From Candidatus Peregrinibacteria bacterium (GTDB taxonomy: Bacteria; Patescibacteriota; Gracilibacteria; UBA1369; LOWO2-01-FULL-3), in NCBI GenBank assembly GCA_014728975.1, contig WJKQ01000013.1, forward strand, positions 1-27,275: a stretch of DNA of 27,275 bases. Direction: 5' to 3'. The translations under genes and the position numbers were made by a program. Every line of letters starts with the position of its first letter. Position 1 is the first letter of the stretch. The notes beneath the pieces are model-generated. The model was not told the DNA's origin. It saw only the letters and a program-made list of their open reading frames with translations, and did no database searches. Below are positions 25,276 to 27,275 of this stretch, one piece after another.

Positions 25276-27275
25276 ATGGCATCTTCTATAAAGAACCCTG
25301 ATACTGCCGATCAAAATGAAAATAGAGCCGATCAAAATGAATTTCCTACATCTCCCACCGGAGCCAGGCTTCTTGAAAAATTTTCAGCAAGTCTTAGAAG
25401 AGAAGTTCAACAGACAAGTACCGATGCTGAAATTCAGCTGGGAACTATCAGAAAAATCCAGGAAAGAGCAGAAATACTTAAAACAACATTGGACAAAAAG
25501 ATCATCGATTTAAAACAACTGCCAGGACAGATAAATTTTCTCTACTTACTCCTCCTGCAATACTGCGCGCAAAACAGTCCCGTTCTTTTTAATGACGTTG
25601 AAGAGAAAAAAACACAAGTAGACCTTCATTTCAACGCCCTGGAACAGGCAAAAAAACATTTCAGGCCTGAAATTGCCAAAGACGCCACCAGTAGAATACT
25701 TCAGGATCACGAATTTTCAGGTGAAGCAATAAAACTTTGCCAGGAATTTCTATCAGCGGCAACAACACTTCTGACTGTTTCGGAACATATTCATACATAT
25801 AAAACCGAAACTGCCAGAAATGCTTTACAAAATGTTGACATCCCCATAGAAGTAGCCGAACGTTCCCCCCTCGAAACACAAAAATCAGCTTTTTACAATG
25901 AAGTCAAAAGACAAACGCTCGATCCCTTGATAACAAATAGACCCGCTGAAACCGACAAAGAAAGCTCAAGACTCAAATTCGTTGAAGAAGTGGTCGGACC
26001 TTATGTTATAAATAATATGATAGAAAGGCTAACGAAAGCTCTGAGAGATTCCCTTCCTAATGACGCGGACTTTGAATCAAGACTTCTGGACCTTTTCGCA
26101 ACCAAAAACCTCAACACTAAACGATACAATGAAAATGAAAAAGATACCGAGAAAGATAAAAATCCAAAAGAGCCTTCTCTTCATCCTTCAGATGAAGAAC
26201 TTATAGAATCAGAACTTTCAAGGGCAAAAACAATATTATTGGCGGCCTATGCCACCGAACCCGAAGAAAGAGCTGAATTCTATCGTGAATTAATGACTAC
26301 TCACGCCTTATCTCAAGTTAACGAAACAGCATCCCAAAAAAGCAGAAATAAAGGTCCTCTTTATGGACCGGACCAGGACCACACCGCAGGCATTCAAAAA
26401 ATCTGCAGAGATAAGCCTGAACTACTCGGAGAAATACAGGCGGTTTTCAACACTACAAAAACGACATTTGATCTCACGGACAATCCGGGTGACGGGAAAT
26501 CATTTTCAGAAACCCTTAAAGACGCGCTGCCAAAAGAACTTGCGCTCTACGGTCTCAGATATCTGACCGATGACTATTATCCGGCTCTGAGAACAAGGAT
26601 GGAAAGTGCATACACAGAAACAGCAACCGCTTTACGAAGCCGTCAGGAACTATCCGACCCCTTTACGCCTCCTATATGCGACCTTCGGGACGTCCCCAAA
26701 GTTATAGACAGTATACGACAACAGGCAAGTGTAGCCGTATACGGATCCGAAGATCCCGCCAAAGAAAACAAAAACCTGGAAACACAGCTCAGAAGTCTTA
26801 AGAGACAGCTAAAAGACGCTGAAAATGGCCTTAAACATAAACAGGAAATATTGGATTCAATTACAGATCAGGAAGACAACCGCAACAGAGAACTTGAAGA
26901 ATCAATTGCAACCATGCGTCAGAGACTTCAGGAAAATCGCATTGCAATGCAGAAAAACGATGAAACCATTCGCGCGCTCGAAGCTAAAGTAAGTTCATTG
27001 GAAAGCCGTGCGGGCCATCAAAACAAACAATTATTGGAAGCCAAAAAACTCTTTACCAGACTGGAACAGACACTCGTAAATGTAATAGGCGCTCTTTCAA
27101 AGCTGGATCAGGTAAACGGCGTCTTCGCAAACAGCCTTGGCAATATCCCGGAAAAACAAAGAGCAAAAGCCGGATTGAATCTTGATCCGGAAGAACTGAA
27201 ACCGCTTCTTAATGAAACAAAATCATTAGAAGAAGATCTTGAAAGATTAGCACAAGAAATCGAACAACTTAATGA
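25276..27275 (+). CDS. Large hypothetical helical/coiled-coil protein, truncated by the window edge (>666 aa; not in ORF track)
   Basis: I translated frame 1 by hand from ATG25276 (MASSIKNPDTADQNENRADQNEF...) to the last base (...LERLAQEIEQLN) and found no stop. Heptad-rich from about 26760 onward. Confidence 0.88.
   Translation, partial: MASSIKNPDTADQNENRADQNEFPTSPTGARLLEKFSASLRREVQQTSTDAEIQLGTIRKIQERAEILKTTLDKKIIDLKQLPGQINFLYLLLLQYCAQNSPVLFNDVEEKKTQVDLHFNALEQAKKHFRPEIAKDATSRILQDHEFSGEAIKLCQEFLSAATTLLTVSEHIHTYKTETARNALQNVDIPIEVAERSPLETQKSAFYNEVKRQTLDPLITNRPAETDKESSRLKFVEEVVGPYVINNMIERLTKALRDSLPNDADFESRLLDLFATKNLNTKRYNENEKDTEKDKNPKEPSLHPSDEELIESELSRAKTILLAAYATEPEERAEFYRELMTTHALSQVNETASQKSRNKGPLYGPDQDHTAGIQKICRDKPELLGEIQAVFNTTKTTFDLTDNPGDGKSFSETLKDALPKELALYGLRYLTDDYYPALRTRMESAYTETATALRSRQELSDPFTPPICDLRDVPKVIDSIRQQASVAVYGSEDPAKENKNLETQLRSLKRQLKDAENGLKHKQEILDSITDQEDNRNRELEESIATMRQRLQENRIAMQKNDETIRALEAKVSSLESRAGHQNKQLLEAKKLFTRLEQTLVNVIGALSKLDQVNGVFANSLGNIPEKQRAKAGLNLDPEELKPLLNETKSLEEDLERLAQEIEQLN

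Noticed and set aside
1-27275. CRISPR arrays, IS elements, integrases, prophage, tRNA or rRNA, stop-codon recoding, programmed frameshifts
   Set aside because: No spaced repeats, terminal inverted repeats, transposase or integrase motifs, or cloverleafs were seen. Recognisable genes are full length in a single frame despite many A-runs.

Overview
AT-rich bacterial chromosome segment with densely packed genes. It is most consistent with a Patescibacteria/CPR organism of the Peregrinibacteria type (inference from the SLH-domain surface protein, a large acidic exported protein with CPR-style GYAWS repeats, orphan proteins and few Shine-Dalgarno sites). TGA behaves as a stop codon, so the genetic code is the standard one. 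Housekeeping genes: class II ribonucleotide reductase with ATP cone (nrdJ), smpB, nadE, a stand-alone NadM-type NMN adenylyltransferase, phosphomannomutase/phosphoglucomutase, topA, HU, pheS, pheT and a class A penicillin-binding protein. Interspersed are an SLH protein flanked by two copies of an 89-aa Cys-pair domain, a TMEM43-like membrane protein, a 968-aa exported protein, a PAS-PAS-GAF protein with no output domain divergent from a 739-aa orphan, and two coding regions missing from the ORF track: a 45-aa basic peptide (110-247) and a >666-aa orphan running off the right edge (25276 onward). I saw no tRNA, rRNA, tmRNA, CRISPR array or mobile element. No single clear novel system is demonstrable from sequence alone. 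The best candidates are the output-less sensor/orphan divergent pair, the NadE-NadM pairing, and a non-SD motif placed at a fixed distance upstream of start codons.
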